This document shows positions 1-10,242 of a stretch of 64,000 bases of DNA, piece by piece (positions within the stretch are counted from its first letter, which is position 1; each line of letters starts with the position of its first letter). The notes under the pieces were generated by a model, which saw only the letters and a list, made by a program, of their open reading frames with translations, was not told where the DNA came from and did no database searches. Both the position numbers and the translations under genes were made by a program. Origin of the DNA: Escherichia coli (GTDB taxonomy: Bacteria > Pseudomonadota > Gammaproteobacteria > Enterobacterales > Enterobacteriaceae). Location: assembly GCF_044324875.1 (NCBI RefSeq), contig NZ_CP172185.1. The stretch is one strand, 5' to 3'.

Positions 1-176
1 GCACGTTCCATGAAAATCCTTTGCAAAGCGTAATGTTTCAAATGCACAAAACTTTTATACTCTAAGAAATCAGGATTGCACCAGTACAAGCAGCCTGATG
101 TTTGACGAGTATTTAACTTGTTATGAATAACATAGAATAGCAGCCATTCACTTTTTCTACGAATCAGGAACCCTCC

Positions 177-1457
177 ATGAGTAAGTCTGAAAATCTTTAC
201 AGCGCAGCGCGCGAGCTGATCCCTGGCGGTGTGAACTCCCCTGTTCGCGCCTTTACTGGCGTGGGCGGCACTCCACTGTTTATCGAAAAAGCGGACGGCG
301 CTTATCTGTACGATGTTGATGGCAAAGCCTATATCGATTATGTCGGTTCCTGGGGGCCGATGGTGCTGGGCCATAACCATCCGGCGATCCGCAATGCCGT
401 GATTGAAGCCGCCGAGCGTGGTTTAAGCTTTGGTGCACCAACCGAAATGGAAGTGAAAATGGCGCAACTGGTGACCGAACTGGTCCCGACCATGGATATG
501 GTGCGCATGGTGAACTCCGGCACTGAAGCGACAATGAGCGCCATCCGCCTGGCCCGTGGTTTTACCGGTCGCGACAAAATTATTAAATTTGAAGGTTGTT
601 ACCACGGTCACGCTGACTGCCTGCTGGTGAAAGCCGGTTCTGGCGCACTCACGTTAGGCCAGCCAAATTCGCCGGGCGTTCCGGCAGATTTCGCCAAACA
701 TACCTTAACCTGTACTTATAACGATCTGGCCTCTGTACGCGCCGCGTTTGAGCAATACCCGCAAGAGATTGCCTGTATTATCGTCGAGCCGGTGGCAGGC
801 AATATGAACTGCGTTCCACCGCTGCCAGAGTTCCTGCCAGGTCTGCGCGCGCTGTGCGACGAATTTGGCGCGTTGCTGATCATCGATGAAGTGATGACCG
901 GTTTCCGCGTAGCGCTAGCTGGCGCGCAGGATTATTACGGTGTGGAACCGGATCTCACCTGCCTGGGTAAAATCATCGGCGGCGGAATGCCGGTAGGCGC
1001 ATTCGGTGGTCGTCGTGATGTGATGGATGCGCTGGCCCCAACTGGTCCGGTGTACCAGGCGGGTACGCTTTCCGGTAACCCGATTGCGATGGCAGCCGGT
1101 TTCGCCTGTCTGAATGAAGTCGCACAGCCGGGCGTTCACGAAACGCTGGATGAGCTGACAACACGTCTGGCAGAAGGTCTGCGGGAAGCGGCAGAAGAAG
1201 CCGGAATTCCGCTGGTCGTTAACCACGTTGGCGGCATGTTCGGTATTTTCTTTACCGACGCCGGGTCCGTGACGTGCTATCAGGATGTGATGGCCTGTGA
1301 CGTGGAACGCTTTAAGCGTTTCTTCCATATGATGCTGGATGAAGGTGTTTACCTGGCACCGTCAGCGTTTGAAGCGGGCTTTATGTCCGTGGCGCACAGC
1401 ATGGAAGATATCAATAACACCATCGATGCTGCACGTCGGGTGTTTGCGAAGTTGTGA
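177..1457 (+). CDS. hemL: glutamate-1-semialdehyde 2,1-aminomutase
   Basis: 426-aa ORF; N-terminus [26 protein letters not shown] and overall sequence match my recollection of E. coli HemL (class III PLP aminotransferase). Confidence 0.95.
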   Translation: MSKSENLYSAARELIPGGVNSPVRAFTGVGGTPLFIEKADGAYLYDVDGKAYIDYVGSWGPMVLGHNHPAIRNAVIEAAERGLSFGAPTEMEVKMAQLVTELVPTMDMVRMVNSGTEATMSAIRLARGFTGRDKIIKFEGCYHGHADCLLVKAGSGALTLGQPNSPGVPADFAKHTLTCTYNDLASVRAAFEQYPQEIACIIVEPVAGNMNCVPPLPEFLPGLRALCDEFGALLIIDEVMTGFRVALAGAQDYYGVEPDLTCLGKIIGGGMPVGAFGGRRDVMDALAPTGPVYQAGTLSGNPIAMAAGFACLNEVAQPGVHETLDELTTRLAEGLREAAEEAGIPLVVNHVGGMFGIFFTDAGSVTCYQDVMACDVERFKRFFHMMLDEGVYLAPSAFEAGFMSVAHSMEDINNTIDAARRVFAKL

Positions 1458-1464
1458 TGATTTT

Positions 1465-1485
1465 GCCTCGCCCACCGGGCGAGGC
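1465..1485. terminator. GC-rich hairpin between convergent hemL and fhuB
   Basis: gcctcgcc / ggcgaggc inverted repeat with 5-nt loop, 8 nt after the hemL stop; no clean U-run. Confidence 0.45.
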
Positions 1486-1491
1486 ATTCAA

Positions 1492-3474
1492 TTAACGGCT
1501 CTGCTTTCTCAACAAATAGATAAAATATGGCGCGCCGATAAAGGTCGACAGCAGCCCCGCTGGGATCTGGAATGGAAACAGCACCATCCGCCCACACCAG
1601 TCAGCGAACACCAGCAGTAATCCTCCCACCAGCGCCGAAATTACGATGTGTGGCATCGTCCGTCGAAAGCCCATCATCCGCGCAATATGCGGTGCCATTA
1701 AACCAACAAAACTCAACGGTCCAATGGTCATTGTCGCAGTCGCTGTCAGGCAAGCCGCTAACAGCAGCAGCGCAATTCGCGTCGGCGTCAGCGCCATCCC
1801 CACGGCTCGTGCGGTATCACCACCCAGCGGTAAAATGGTCAGCCAGCGGCGGCACAGCGGGGTAATCGCCAGCAAAATCACCATCACAATTCCGGTACGC
1901 CAGACCTGCGCATCGGTCGCGTTGTAGGTCGAACCGGAAATCCAGGTCAGAACTTGCGCCATTCGCGGGTCACCACTTGCCTGCAACATCATCAAAAGCA
2001 TGGTGAACGCGGTACTTAACGCCATCCCCGCCAGTAACATGCGGTGTGGGGAAAATCCACCGCGTCCGGCGGCGATCATAATGATCAACAGCGTCACCGC
2101 CGCGCCGAGACTGCCTGCAGGTAACAGCCAGCCAAAGGCATTACCCGGCACCAGAAACAGCATCAACACCACGCCAAACGCCGCGCCGGAGCTAATCCCC
2201 AGCACTTCCGGGCTTGCCATCGGGTTTCCGGTCAGCCGCTGAATAATACAGCCCGCCACCGCCAACATGACGCCCGCAAACAGCGCCGCCATAATTCGCG
2301 GCCAGCGCCAGGGCATTAAATCCTCGAGCAACGCCCCGCTCGCCCACGTCCAGCCGTGCGCATCACGACCAAACGACAGCGCCACTACCACAGCCATCAA
2401 CAGCAGCACGCCGCCCGCGAGGGCAAACGCCAGCACATGTTGGCGTTCAGCCGCGACACGATCGTTGACCTTCATATCCGGCGCGCTAATGCTGCGTAAA
2501 CGCGGCAGCAGCCACAGTAGCAGCGGCGCACCGATCAACGCAGTGACCGAACCGGTGGAAACTTCCATCCACACGCGAGTCAGCCAGAGGATGATTTGAT
2601 CAGAAAGCCACAGAATTAACGCACCAATCAGCGACGCCAGCATCAACCGTGGCAACAAACGCCGCGCCCCCAGCATTTTTGCCAGCAGTGGCGCGAACAA
2701 CCCGATAAAGCCGATAATCCCCACTGCGTTCACCAGCAGCGCACTGATGACTATCGCCAGCGACAGCGCCGCCAGACGCGCGAGCGACAAGGCCAGCCCG
2801 AGGTTGCGCGCCACGCCATCATCAAGCCCCATCAGGGTTAACGGACGAAGTAGCAGTAACGTCAGCATCACGCCGCCCAGCAGCTGCGGCCATAAACGCT
2901 CAACGCCGCCCCAGTCGGTTTGCGTCAGCGTTCCGGTGCTCCAGAGGAACATGCTTTGTAGCTGGTCGTGATGGAAGATAACCAGTAACTGATTGATTGC
3001 CCCGCAATAAAGGCTCACCACCAGCCCCGCGAGGATCAGCGTTACCGGCGAAAGCCGTTTCCCCCACGCGACGCCAAAGACGATTAAGCCAACCACACAA
3101 GCCCCTGCCAGCGCAGCAAACTGGCTCGCCATAGCACCTGGGATCGCCCAGAGCGTGGTGACGGTAATCCCCAGTTGCGCGCCTGTAGCAACGCCCAGCG
3201 TCGTCGGTTCCGCCAGCGGGTTACGCAGCACTTGCTGAAACAGCACGCCCACCAGCCCCAGGCCCGCGCCCACCAGCAGCGAAATCGCCAGACGCGGCAA
3301 CAAGCTGTAGTGAAAAATCATCTGCTCGATGACGTCAATATCCGGCGACCAGGCGGCCTGCGCCCACTGGCTGCGCGGCAGCGCTTGCGAAAAGTTCATC
3401 CAGGTGAGCGCCGCTGCGACAATCACCAGCAGCGCCAGCAATAACGCCGGGAAAAGCGCAATTCGTTTACTCAC
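1492..3474 (-). CDS. fhuB: ferric hydroxamate ABC transporter permease
   Basis: 660-aa polytopic membrane ORF with duplicated permease halves; 4-bp overlap with fhuD; synteny fhuACDB. Confidence 0.95.
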   Translation of the reverse strand: MSKRIALFPALLLALLVIVAAALTWMNFSQALPRSQWAQAAWSPDIDVIEQMIFHYSLLPRLAISLLVGAGLGLVGVLFQQVLRNPLAEPTTLGVATGAQLGITVTTLWAIPGAMASQFAALAGACVVGLIVFGVAWGKRLSPVTLILAGLVVSLYCGAINQLLVIFHHDQLQSMFLWSTGTLTQTDWGGVERLWPQLLGGVMLTLLLLRPLTLMGLDDGVARNLGLALSLARLAALSLAIVISALLVNAVGIIGFIGLFAPLLAKMLGARRLLPRLMLASLIGALILWLSDQIILWLTRVWMEVSTGSVTALIGAPLLLWLLPRLRSISAPDMKVNDRVAAERQHVLAFALAGGVLLLMAVVVALSFGRDAHGWTWASGALLEDLMPWRWPRIMAALFAGVMLAVAGCIIQRLTGNPMASPEVLGISSGAAFGVVLMLFLVPGNAFGWLLPAGSLGAAVTLLIIMIAAGRGGFSPHRMLLAGMALSTAFTMLLMMLQASGDPRMAQVLTWISGSTYNATDAQVWRTGIVMVILLAITPLCRRWLTILPLGGDTARAVGMALTPTRIALLLLAACLTATATMTIGPLSFVGLMAPHIARMMGFRRTMPHIVISALVGGLLLVFADWCGRMVLFPFQIPAGLLSTFIGAPYFIYLLRKQSR

Positions 3475-4364
3475 GCTTTACCTCCGATGGCGTTATCCAG
3501 AATACGCACAAAGTGCATTGCCGAAAGCGTCGCACCATAAAACCAGACTGCGGATACGCGCTGAAAGCGTCCGGCGCGGACAAACGGCATAGCCTGCCAC
3601 AGCGGCGTCGCCATTAGGGTGTCCATGTCTTTGCTGTTGTCGTGATCAAAACAGAGCACATCAACGTCTTTATACGCTGCCAGACGATCGATACTGACGG
3701 CGGTACTGCCCCAGAAGTTGGTTTCCCCTTGCCAGGCATTTGGGATGCCGTACTCATCAAGAATTTCCTGGAACAAGCTGTTTGGACCGAAGACCAGCAT
3801 ATGGCGCGGATCGATAAGTGTCGTCAGTAATAACGGACGCGCACCACGCTTCACAAAGCGGGGTTTCATGCTGCGGATAAAGTCTTCATAGTGCGCTAAA
3901 TGCGTTTCTGCTGCGCTTTGCAGGTTAAGTAAATCTGCCATTTCCGTCAGTGATTTACGCGCCATCGCCAGCGGCTGTTTGCCGTCGCTGAAGTTAAATC
4001 CGCGCCCCGGCGCAATACGTGCCAGCATTTCTGGTGAAGGGCCATATCCTGCCGACCAGACCATAAACGACGGTTTCATTTCGGTCAGCAGTTCAAGGTT
4101 AGGTTCTGTACGCAAACCAACGTCAATCACTGAGTCCGGCAATGGTGGTTCGCTGACCCACAGGCGATAGTTGATGGTGTCCGCCACGCCGTAAGGCACG
4201 ATGCCGAGCGCCAGCAGTAATTCCACCGGCAACCACTCCAGCGCCACAATACGATTGGGATCAATAGCCGCCGCGTGGGCGGTATTCATCTGCCATAACA
4301 ACGGAGAAAGCGCCATCGCCGTTAACAGTCGGCGGCGCGAAATAAGAGGTAAGCCGCTCATCAA
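3471..4364 (-). CDS. fhuD: ferric hydroxamate periplasmic binding protein
   Basis: 297-aa ORF with Tat-like signal (SRRRLLTAMALSPLLW); overlaps fhuC and fhuB by 4 bp. Confidence 0.93.
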   Translation of the reverse strand: MMSGLPLISRRRLLTAMALSPLLWQMNTAHAAAIDPNRIVALEWLPVELLLALGIVPYGVADTINYRLWVSEPPLPDSVIDVGLRTEPNLELLTEMKPSFMVWSAGYGPSPEMLARIAPGRGFNFSDGKQPLAMARKSLTEMADLLNLQSAAETHLAHYEDFIRSMKPRFVKRGARPLLLTTLIDPRHMLVFGPNSLFQEILDEYGIPNAWQGETNFWGSTAVSIDRLAAYKDVDVLCFDHDNSKDMDTLMATPLWQAMPFVRAGRFQRVSAVWFYGATLSAMHFVRILDNAIGGKA

Positions 4365-5158
4365 TAAACAAAACTCACAGGTGCAGCACCCGCCGGATGC
4401 GGCAGAATACCCATCGGGATGCCATAAATCATTTCGAGGGTTTCGCCGCGCATAATTTCCGCAGGCGTTCCCTGAGCAATCATTTCACCACCGCGCAGGG
4501 CGACCAGATAATCACAGTAGCGCGCCGCCATATTGATATCGTGCAACACGGCAATGACCGTCAGGCCACGCTCCTGACTTAAACGGTGCACCAGCGCCAG
4601 CACATCAACCTGGTGGGCGATATCCAGCGCCGAGGTCGGTTCGTCGAGCAACAGACAACGGCTATCCTGCGCCACCAGCATGGCGATCCACGCCCGCTGA
4701 CGTTCGCCGCCAGAGAGACTATCAACCAGCCGATGCGCCAGCGGTTTTAAGCCAACCAGCGAGATAGCTTCCTCGACTTTTTCGCGATCTGCCGCCCCAA
4801 AGCGCCCCAGCGCGCCATGCCACGGGTAACGACCAATCGCCACCAGTTCACGCACGGTCATCCCTTCTGCCGGAGGAAGCTGCTGCGGTAAATAAGCCAC
4901 TTTGCGGGCAAACGCTTTGCTGCTCCAGCTTTCCAGCGGCTGGGCATCAAGAAGAATTTCGCCTTCCGACGGTGGCTGATGACGGCCAAGCATTTTGAGC
5001 AGAGTGGATTTACCAGAACCGTTGTGACCAATCAGACCAGTCACTTTCCCGGCAGGAAAGGTTAACGACAGCGGATGCAAAAGCGTGCGCCCTGGCACAC
5101 GAAAGGAGATATTACGCAGTGCAAAAGTGGTATCGGAATGATTCGTGTATTCCTGCAT
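4361..5158 (-). CDS. fhuC: ferric hydroxamate ABC transporter ATPase
   Basis: Walker A GHNGSGKST and signature LSGGERQR; start placed at internal MQEYTNHSD (265 aa), not the ORF-track 5281 extension. Confidence 0.93.
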   Translation of the reverse strand: MQEYTNHSDTTFALRNISFRVPGRTLLHPLSLTFPAGKVTGLIGHNGSGKSTLLKMLGRHQPPSEGEILLDAQPLESWSSKAFARKVAYLPQQLPPAEGMTVRELVAIGRYPWHGALGRFGAADREKVEEAISLVGLKPLAHRLVDSLSGGERQRAWIAMLVAQDSRCLLLDEPTSALDIAHQVDVLALVHRLSQERGLTVIAVLHDINMAARYCDYLVALRGGEMIAQGTPAEIMRGETLEMIYGIPMGILPHPAGAAPVSFVY

Positions 5159-5208
5159 AACAGCCAACTTGTGAAGCGGGCACGGAAATCCGTGCCCCAA
5201 AAGAGAAA

Positions 5209-7398
5209 TTAGAAGCGGAAGGTTGCGGTTGCAACGACCTGACGTTCTGCGCCCCAGAAGCAGCCATAGGTCTGGAAGCAACTGGCAACATACTCACGAT
5301 CGAGCAAATTGTTGACGTTCACAGCAAGGCTGGATCCCGCCATACCAAAGCGTGCCAGATCATATTTTACAACAGCATCCATTACAGCTGCGCTACCCAC
5401 TTTAAAAGTGTTTGCCGGATCACCATAGCTGGAACCAATAAAACGACCACCTGTTCCCAATGTTAAACCAGAAAGCGGCCCTTCATTGAAGGTATAATCC
5501 CCCCAGAGAGATGCCATATGCTCCGGTACTTGTTCTGGAGTTTTACCTTTGAGATTGGTGTCTTTGGTGTATTCCGCATCGGTGTAGGTATAAGAAGCCG
5601 TCAAGTTAATATTGGCATTTAACGCCGCTTTAGCTTCAAGTTCCACACCACGAGCGCGAATCTCACCTGCCGGGACTTGCGCTAATGGGTTTGTTGGGTC
5701 TGCTGTCAGGTTATTTGTTTTCGTCAATTGATAGACTGCGCCCGTAACAACGACCGGCATATCATTCGGAACATATTTTACGCCAGCTTCATACTGTTCA
5801 CCTTTCGATGGCTTATAGGAAACGCGCGGGTTGCTCCACAGATCGAAAGCACTCGGTTCAAAGGACTGGCTATAGCTAAAGTAAGGTGAAATACCATTAT
5901 CGAATAAGTAATTTACACCACCGCGCCAGGTGAACTGATGATCATTGCGCTCAATATAACCTTCAGTCGGCGTATAAGAGTTTTCACGAACAGTGGTCGC
6001 TTGCTTAGACCAATCGTAGCGTCCTCCCAGAGTGAATACCCATTTATTCCATTCCGCCTGATCCTGAACATAAATACCTGTTTGTTTGCTTTCATTCATC
6101 TGGTATGGCTCTGCGCTACCAAATGCAAAGTATTCAGGATGGTATTTGTTATAAAGATCGATGGATGGTGCAGATCCAAAGCTGGCATTGATATCATTGC
6201 GCATCCGCATGAAGTCTACCCCTGTCAGCAAAGTATGCCCGACGTCACCTGTAGCAAACTTACTTTCAAGTTGGGTATCAACGCTAAAGTTTTGTAGACG
6301 CTCATTATCCACCACTGTCCCGCGGTTTAGGGTATGACCATCGCTGGCAATCCCTGTGCCATAAACACTTTTCTGTGAGGTTTTCATTTCACTGAAACGC
6401 AGATTCTGACGCACGGTGAAGGTGTCATTAAAACCATGTTCAAAACTATATCCCACCATTTTCTGGTTACGGGAGTATGTATTATTCGATGCACCTTCAT
6501 TGAAATCAGTCGGTAGACGCTTACCATTAGGCAATGGCTCAACGGTCCCCTCTTTCGGCAACCAACCGTAATAACCCGTTTCTGGTTCGTTCTGAAAATA
6601 GGACAGGAAAGTAAAATTGGTTTTGTCGTCTGGACGCCATGAGAATGATGGAGCAATGGTATAACGCTGAGATTCAGAGTTTTTCTGCTGTTCGTTTGTT
6701 GAGCGTGCGAGGCCAGTCAAACGGTAGGAGAACTCACCGTTATCATCCAGCGCATCACTGAAATCGAATCCGGTCTGAAACAGATTATCCGTCCCCATTT
6801 TAAACTGAATTTCTTTCAGGGGTTCAGTTGTCGGACGCTTACTCACCATAGAAATAATCCCACCAGGATTACTTTTCCCATAGAGAACAGACGTCGGCCC
6901 GCGCATCAGTTCAACCCTCTCGAGCATGTAAGGATCAATCACAGCATCGTTATAAAAGTTGCCCTGAAGTTTTAGTCCATCAAGGTAATTATTTTGATTC
7001 AGACCAACAGATGAGAAACCACGAATAATAACAAAATCATATGTATTAGAAGCACCACGACTGCTAACCGTAACGCCAGGTGTATAACCTAATGCTTCTT
7101 TTACAGACTGAAATTGATGCATCTGCATCTCTTCATTTGTCACAACCGAAATAGACTGCGGCGTTTTTTCAATTGGTGTATCCGTTTTAGTCGCAGTAGC
7201 AGAGTGCTTCGCCGCAATAGTTGCAGCTGGCCCCCATGCGCTTTCTTGCGGCGCAGGTGCAGCGGTAACGGTGATAGTGTCTTCTTTCGGTTCAACCGCT
7301 GCCTGTGCATAAACAGACATGCCGCTAACCGCTGTGGCTACTACAACTGCGATTTTACGCAGTGAGTGTTTTGGCTGAGCAGTTTTGGAACGCGCCAT
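5209..7398 (-). CDS. fhuA: TonB-dependent ferrichrome outer-membrane receptor / phage receptor
   Basis: 729-aa ORF; signal peptide MARSKTAQPKHSLRKIAVVVATAVSGMSVYAQA, TonB box DTITV, C-terminal ATATFRF; Fur box upstream. Confidence 0.92.
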   Translation of the reverse strand: MARSKTAQPKHSLRKIAVVVATAVSGMSVYAQAAVEPKEDTITVTAAPAPQESAWGPAATIAAKHSATATKTDTPIEKTPQSISVVTNEEMQMHQFQSVKEALGYTPGVTVSSRGASNTYDFVIIRGFSSVGLNQNNYLDGLKLQGNFYNDAVIDPYMLERVELMRGPTSVLYGKSNPGGIISMVSKRPTTEPLKEIQFKMGTDNLFQTGFDFSDALDDNGEFSYRLTGLARSTNEQQKNSESQRYTIAPSFSWRPDDKTNFTFLSYFQNEPETGYYGWLPKEGTVEPLPNGKRLPTDFNEGASNNTYSRNQKMVGYSFEHGFNDTFTVRQNLRFSEMKTSQKSVYGTGIASDGHTLNRGTVVDNERLQNFSVDTQLESKFATGDVGHTLLTGVDFMRMRNDINASFGSAPSIDLYNKYHPEYFAFGSAEPYQMNESKQTGIYVQDQAEWNKWVFTLGGRYDWSKQATTVRENSYTPTEGYIERNDHQFTWRGGVNYLFDNGISPYFSYSQSFEPSAFDLWSNPRVSYKPSKGEQYEAGVKYVPNDMPVVVTGAVYQLTKTNNLTADPTNPLAQVPAGEIRARGVELEAKAALNANINLTASYTYTDAEYTKDTNLKGKTPEQVPEHMASLWGDYTFNEGPLSGLTLGTGGRFIGSSYGDPANTFKVGSAAVMDAVVKYDLARFGMAGSSLAVNVNNLLDREYVASCFQTYGCFWGAERQVVATATFRF

Positions 7399-7419
7399 TG
7401 GTATATCTCTGATGTAAAG

Positions 7420-7452
7420 TGAATGATAACGTAAACGAGAATGATTATTATA
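7420..7452 (-). promoter_or_regulatory. Fur box in fhuA promoter
   Basis: gtgaatgataacgtaaacgagaatgattatta resembles the Fur consensus GATAATGATAATCATTATC, 20-50 bp upstream of the fhuA start. Confidence 0.6.
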
Positions 7453-7617
7453 AAGATAAGATAATATTCGAAACGCTGGCGGGTTCGCAAGCGGTACGCA
7501 ATCTGAGCGTTCCTGAAGGGTTAATAAACAACCAGATGAAAAGAAAGGGTTAATACTTTGGGTGGGATGTTATTTTACCGGATGGCTACTCGCCATCCGG
7601 TATGTCACGCTTAGACG

Positions 7618-10149
7618 TTAATTACTACCAAACATATCCTTGATCCAACCGGCTACACCGTCGCTGTCTTTCTGCTCTTGCTGAGCAGGTTGCTGTTGCG
7701 GCTGTTGCTGCGGCTGAGAAGACTGATCAAACGGATTGCCTGACGGTTGCTGCTGCATCTCACTCTGCTGGCACAGCGATTGCGGATCGCTGGTCCAGAC
7801 CGGCAAGACACGCATACCACCGCTGCAAACAAAGTTACCGTCGTAGTCCACGCCCATATCTGCAATATCTTCTGGCGGAACAAGATTCAGCGGCGTTGGC
7901 GTCTGGTTAGCCAGATAACGCTGATAAATCGACATTGCCCCACTGGCACCATACAGTTTGGTCGGTTGGTTGTTATCACGGCCTACCCAGGTGATGGTCA
8001 CCGTGCTGCCGTCAATGCCCGCAAACCAGGTATCTACGTTATTGTTGGTAGTCCCTGTTTTCCCTGCCAGATGCAGGTTCGGGTATTTCGCCCCAAGCTG
8101 ACGACCCGTACCACGTTGTACCACCTGCTGCATGGTCCATAGTGTCAGATATGCCGCCTGCGCCGGAACCGCGCGTTCTGCCTGCGGGAAGCTCTGATAC
8201 AGCACCTTGCCATCTTCTGCGATGACTGAACGCAGCGCAGAAAGCGGTGCACGGTTACCACCGCTGGCGATGGTCTGGAATGCCTGCGCCACTTCGATTG
8301 GCGTTAAGTTCAACGCCCCCAGCAGCATTGCCGGAACCGGATGCAGCTGATCTTTCGGTACGCCCAGTTTAATCCAGGTCTCCGTAACCGCAGGCAGCCC
8401 CAGCGCCATCCCCAGATTCACCGTCGGCACGTTCATCGAACGGGTCAACGCATCCACCAGCATCACTCTGCCGCTTTCGCTATAACGACGGTCATCGTTC
8501 TGCGGTGACCAGACCTGGCCATTCGGCTGACGTAGCGCGATTGGCGCATCCGCAATCCACGTGTTCAGGCGATAGATTTTCGGCTGGCTTAAGGCCGTCA
8601 GATAAGTCGCTGGTTTTGCAAGAGAACCAATCGAACGACGCGCCTGCATCGCACGGTTGTAGCCCGCAAACTGCGGCTCAGAACCACCGACCATCGCACG
8701 AACTTCACCACTAAAGCGGTCGACGACCACAATCGCAGTTTCAAGATCGCTCAACTTACGCTGTTTCTTCAGTGCCGGAATGCCTTCCACGGCGGCTTTT
8801 TCTGCCGCGTCCTGGGCCACCGAGTCAAAGGTAGTGAAGATCTTCACGCCGGAGAGATCTTTTACCTTATCGCCCAGTTTTGCCTGCAGCTCCTGACGCA
8901 CCAGTTGCATAAAGGCTGGCTGAGGAGAGATCACCCCACCGCGCGGCTGAACACCCAGCGGACGTGCACTCAACATGTCATAGAGTTCTTGATCAATAAT
9001 CTGTTGCTGTTGCAGCAAACGTAGCACCAGGTTACGTCGCTCCAGCGCCAGTTTCGGGTTACGCCACGGGTTGTAGATGGACGCCCCTTTCACCATACCC
9101 ACCAACAGCGCCTGCTGATCGAGGCTCAATTCTTCTACCGGACGACCAAAGTAATACAAGCTCGCCAGCGGGAAGCCGCGGATTTCGTTGTCGCCGCTCT
9201 GACCGAGATACACCTCGTTCATATACAGCTCAAGAATACGGTCTTTACTGTAACGCGCGTCCATGATCAGCGCCATGTAAGCTTCGTTCGCTTTACGCCA
9301 GTAAGAGCGCTCGCTGGAGAGGAACAGGTTTTTCACCAGCTGTTGCGTCAGCGTACTCGCACCCTGCACCGTGCGTCCGGCTGTCAGGTTTGCCAGCACC
9401 GCACGCCCAATTGAGTAGAGGCTGATCCCATCATGCTCGTAGAAATGACGGTCTTCTGTCGCCAGCAAAGTATCCACCAACAAATCAGGGAAACCACTGC
9501 GCGGCACAAACAGACGCTGCTCACCGTTTGGTGAGGAGATCATAGTGATCAGGCGCGGATCAAGACGGAAGAAACCAAACTGACGGTTGTTCTCCATATT
9601 GACGATCGTCGCCAGATGATCGCCATCAAAGGTCAGACGCGCACGCACCTGCCCTTCTTTACTGTCCGGGAAATCAAACGGACGGCGGATCATCTCAATG
9701 CTGTTGGCCTGCACGGTAAATTCGCCAGGACGGGTCATTTTCGACACCTGACGATACTGGGTCGCCTCCAGCAGCTTCACCATCTCGTTCTTGCTGATGG
9801 TCATGTCTGGCTCAAGGTTGACCATCCGGCCATAAACTGCCGCGGGCAGTTGCCAGACCTTACCATCAATACGGCTGCGAATTTTTTGATCGAGATAAAC
9901 GCCGTAAATGGCGATCAGCACGGCAAAAACGATAGCCAGTTTTAGCAGCAGCCATAGCCAGCCGCGTTTGCCACGAGGCTTACGCCCTTTGCCTTTGCCC
10001 TTTCCTTTGCGCGGCATCGGTTCTTCATCCTCATAGTCATCATAATCGTCGTAATCGTCATCTTCGTAACGACGACGGCTTACCTTTTGTTTGACCGGAC
10101 GCGTCGGTTTCCCTTTGCGTCCAATTGGCTCGCGGTCATTCCCGGCCAT
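7618..10149 (-). CDS. mrcB: penicillin-binding protein 1B (bifunctional transglycosylase/transpeptidase)
   Basis: Start at [10 protein letters not shown] inside the 848-aa ORF; acidic [13 protein letters not shown] tract, TM anchor, SxxK STLTQQ and KTG motifs. Confidence 0.95.
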   Translation of the reverse strand: MAGNDREPIGRKGKPTRPVKQKVSRRRYEDDDYDDYDDYEDEEPMPRKGKGKGKGRKPRGKRGWLWLLLKLAIVFAVLIAIYGVYLDQKIRSRIDGKVWQLPAAVYGRMVNLEPDMTISKNEMVKLLEATQYRQVSKMTRPGEFTVQANSIEMIRRPFDFPDSKEGQVRARLTFDGDHLATIVNMENNRQFGFFRLDPRLITMISSPNGEQRLFVPRSGFPDLLVDTLLATEDRHFYEHDGISLYSIGRAVLANLTAGRTVQGASTLTQQLVKNLFLSSERSYWRKANEAYMALIMDARYSKDRILELYMNEVYLGQSGDNEIRGFPLASLYYFGRPVEELSLDQQALLVGMVKGASIYNPWRNPKLALERRNLVLRLLQQQQIIDQELYDMLSARPLGVQPRGGVISPQPAFMQLVRQELQAKLGDKVKDLSGVKIFTTFDSVAQDAAEKAAVEGIPALKKQRKLSDLETAIVVVDRFSGEVRAMVGGSEPQFAGYNRAMQARRSIGSLAKPATYLTALSQPKIYRLNTWIADAPIALRQPNGQVWSPQNDDRRYSESGRVMLVDALTRSMNVPTVNLGMALGLPAVTETWIKLGVPKDQLHPVPAMLLGALNLTPIEVAQAFQTIASGGNRAPLSALRSVIAEDGKVLYQSFPQAERAVPAQAAYLTLWTMQQVVQRGTGRQLGAKYPNLHLAGKTGTTNNNVDTWFAGIDGSTVTITWVGRDNNQPTKLYGASGAMSIYQRYLANQTPTPLNLVPPEDIADMGVDYDGNFVCSGGMRVLPVWTSDPQSLCQQSEMQQQPSGNPFDQSSQPQQQPQQQPAQQEQKDSDGVAGWIKDMFGSN

Positions 10150-10242
10150 GCTTTTTCTCCGCAATATTCAGGCGCAAAAGCCCGATTTTCTGTTCTTCTG
10201 TTGCAAGACAGAAGAAGATATCTCTCAAATTTGCTTTGGTCT

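Noticed and set aside
7577-7601. Hairpin accggatggc / gccatccggt downstream of mrcB as its terminator
   Set aside because: A strong 10-bp stem, but the U-run is on the wrong side for a minus-strand transcript; function not established
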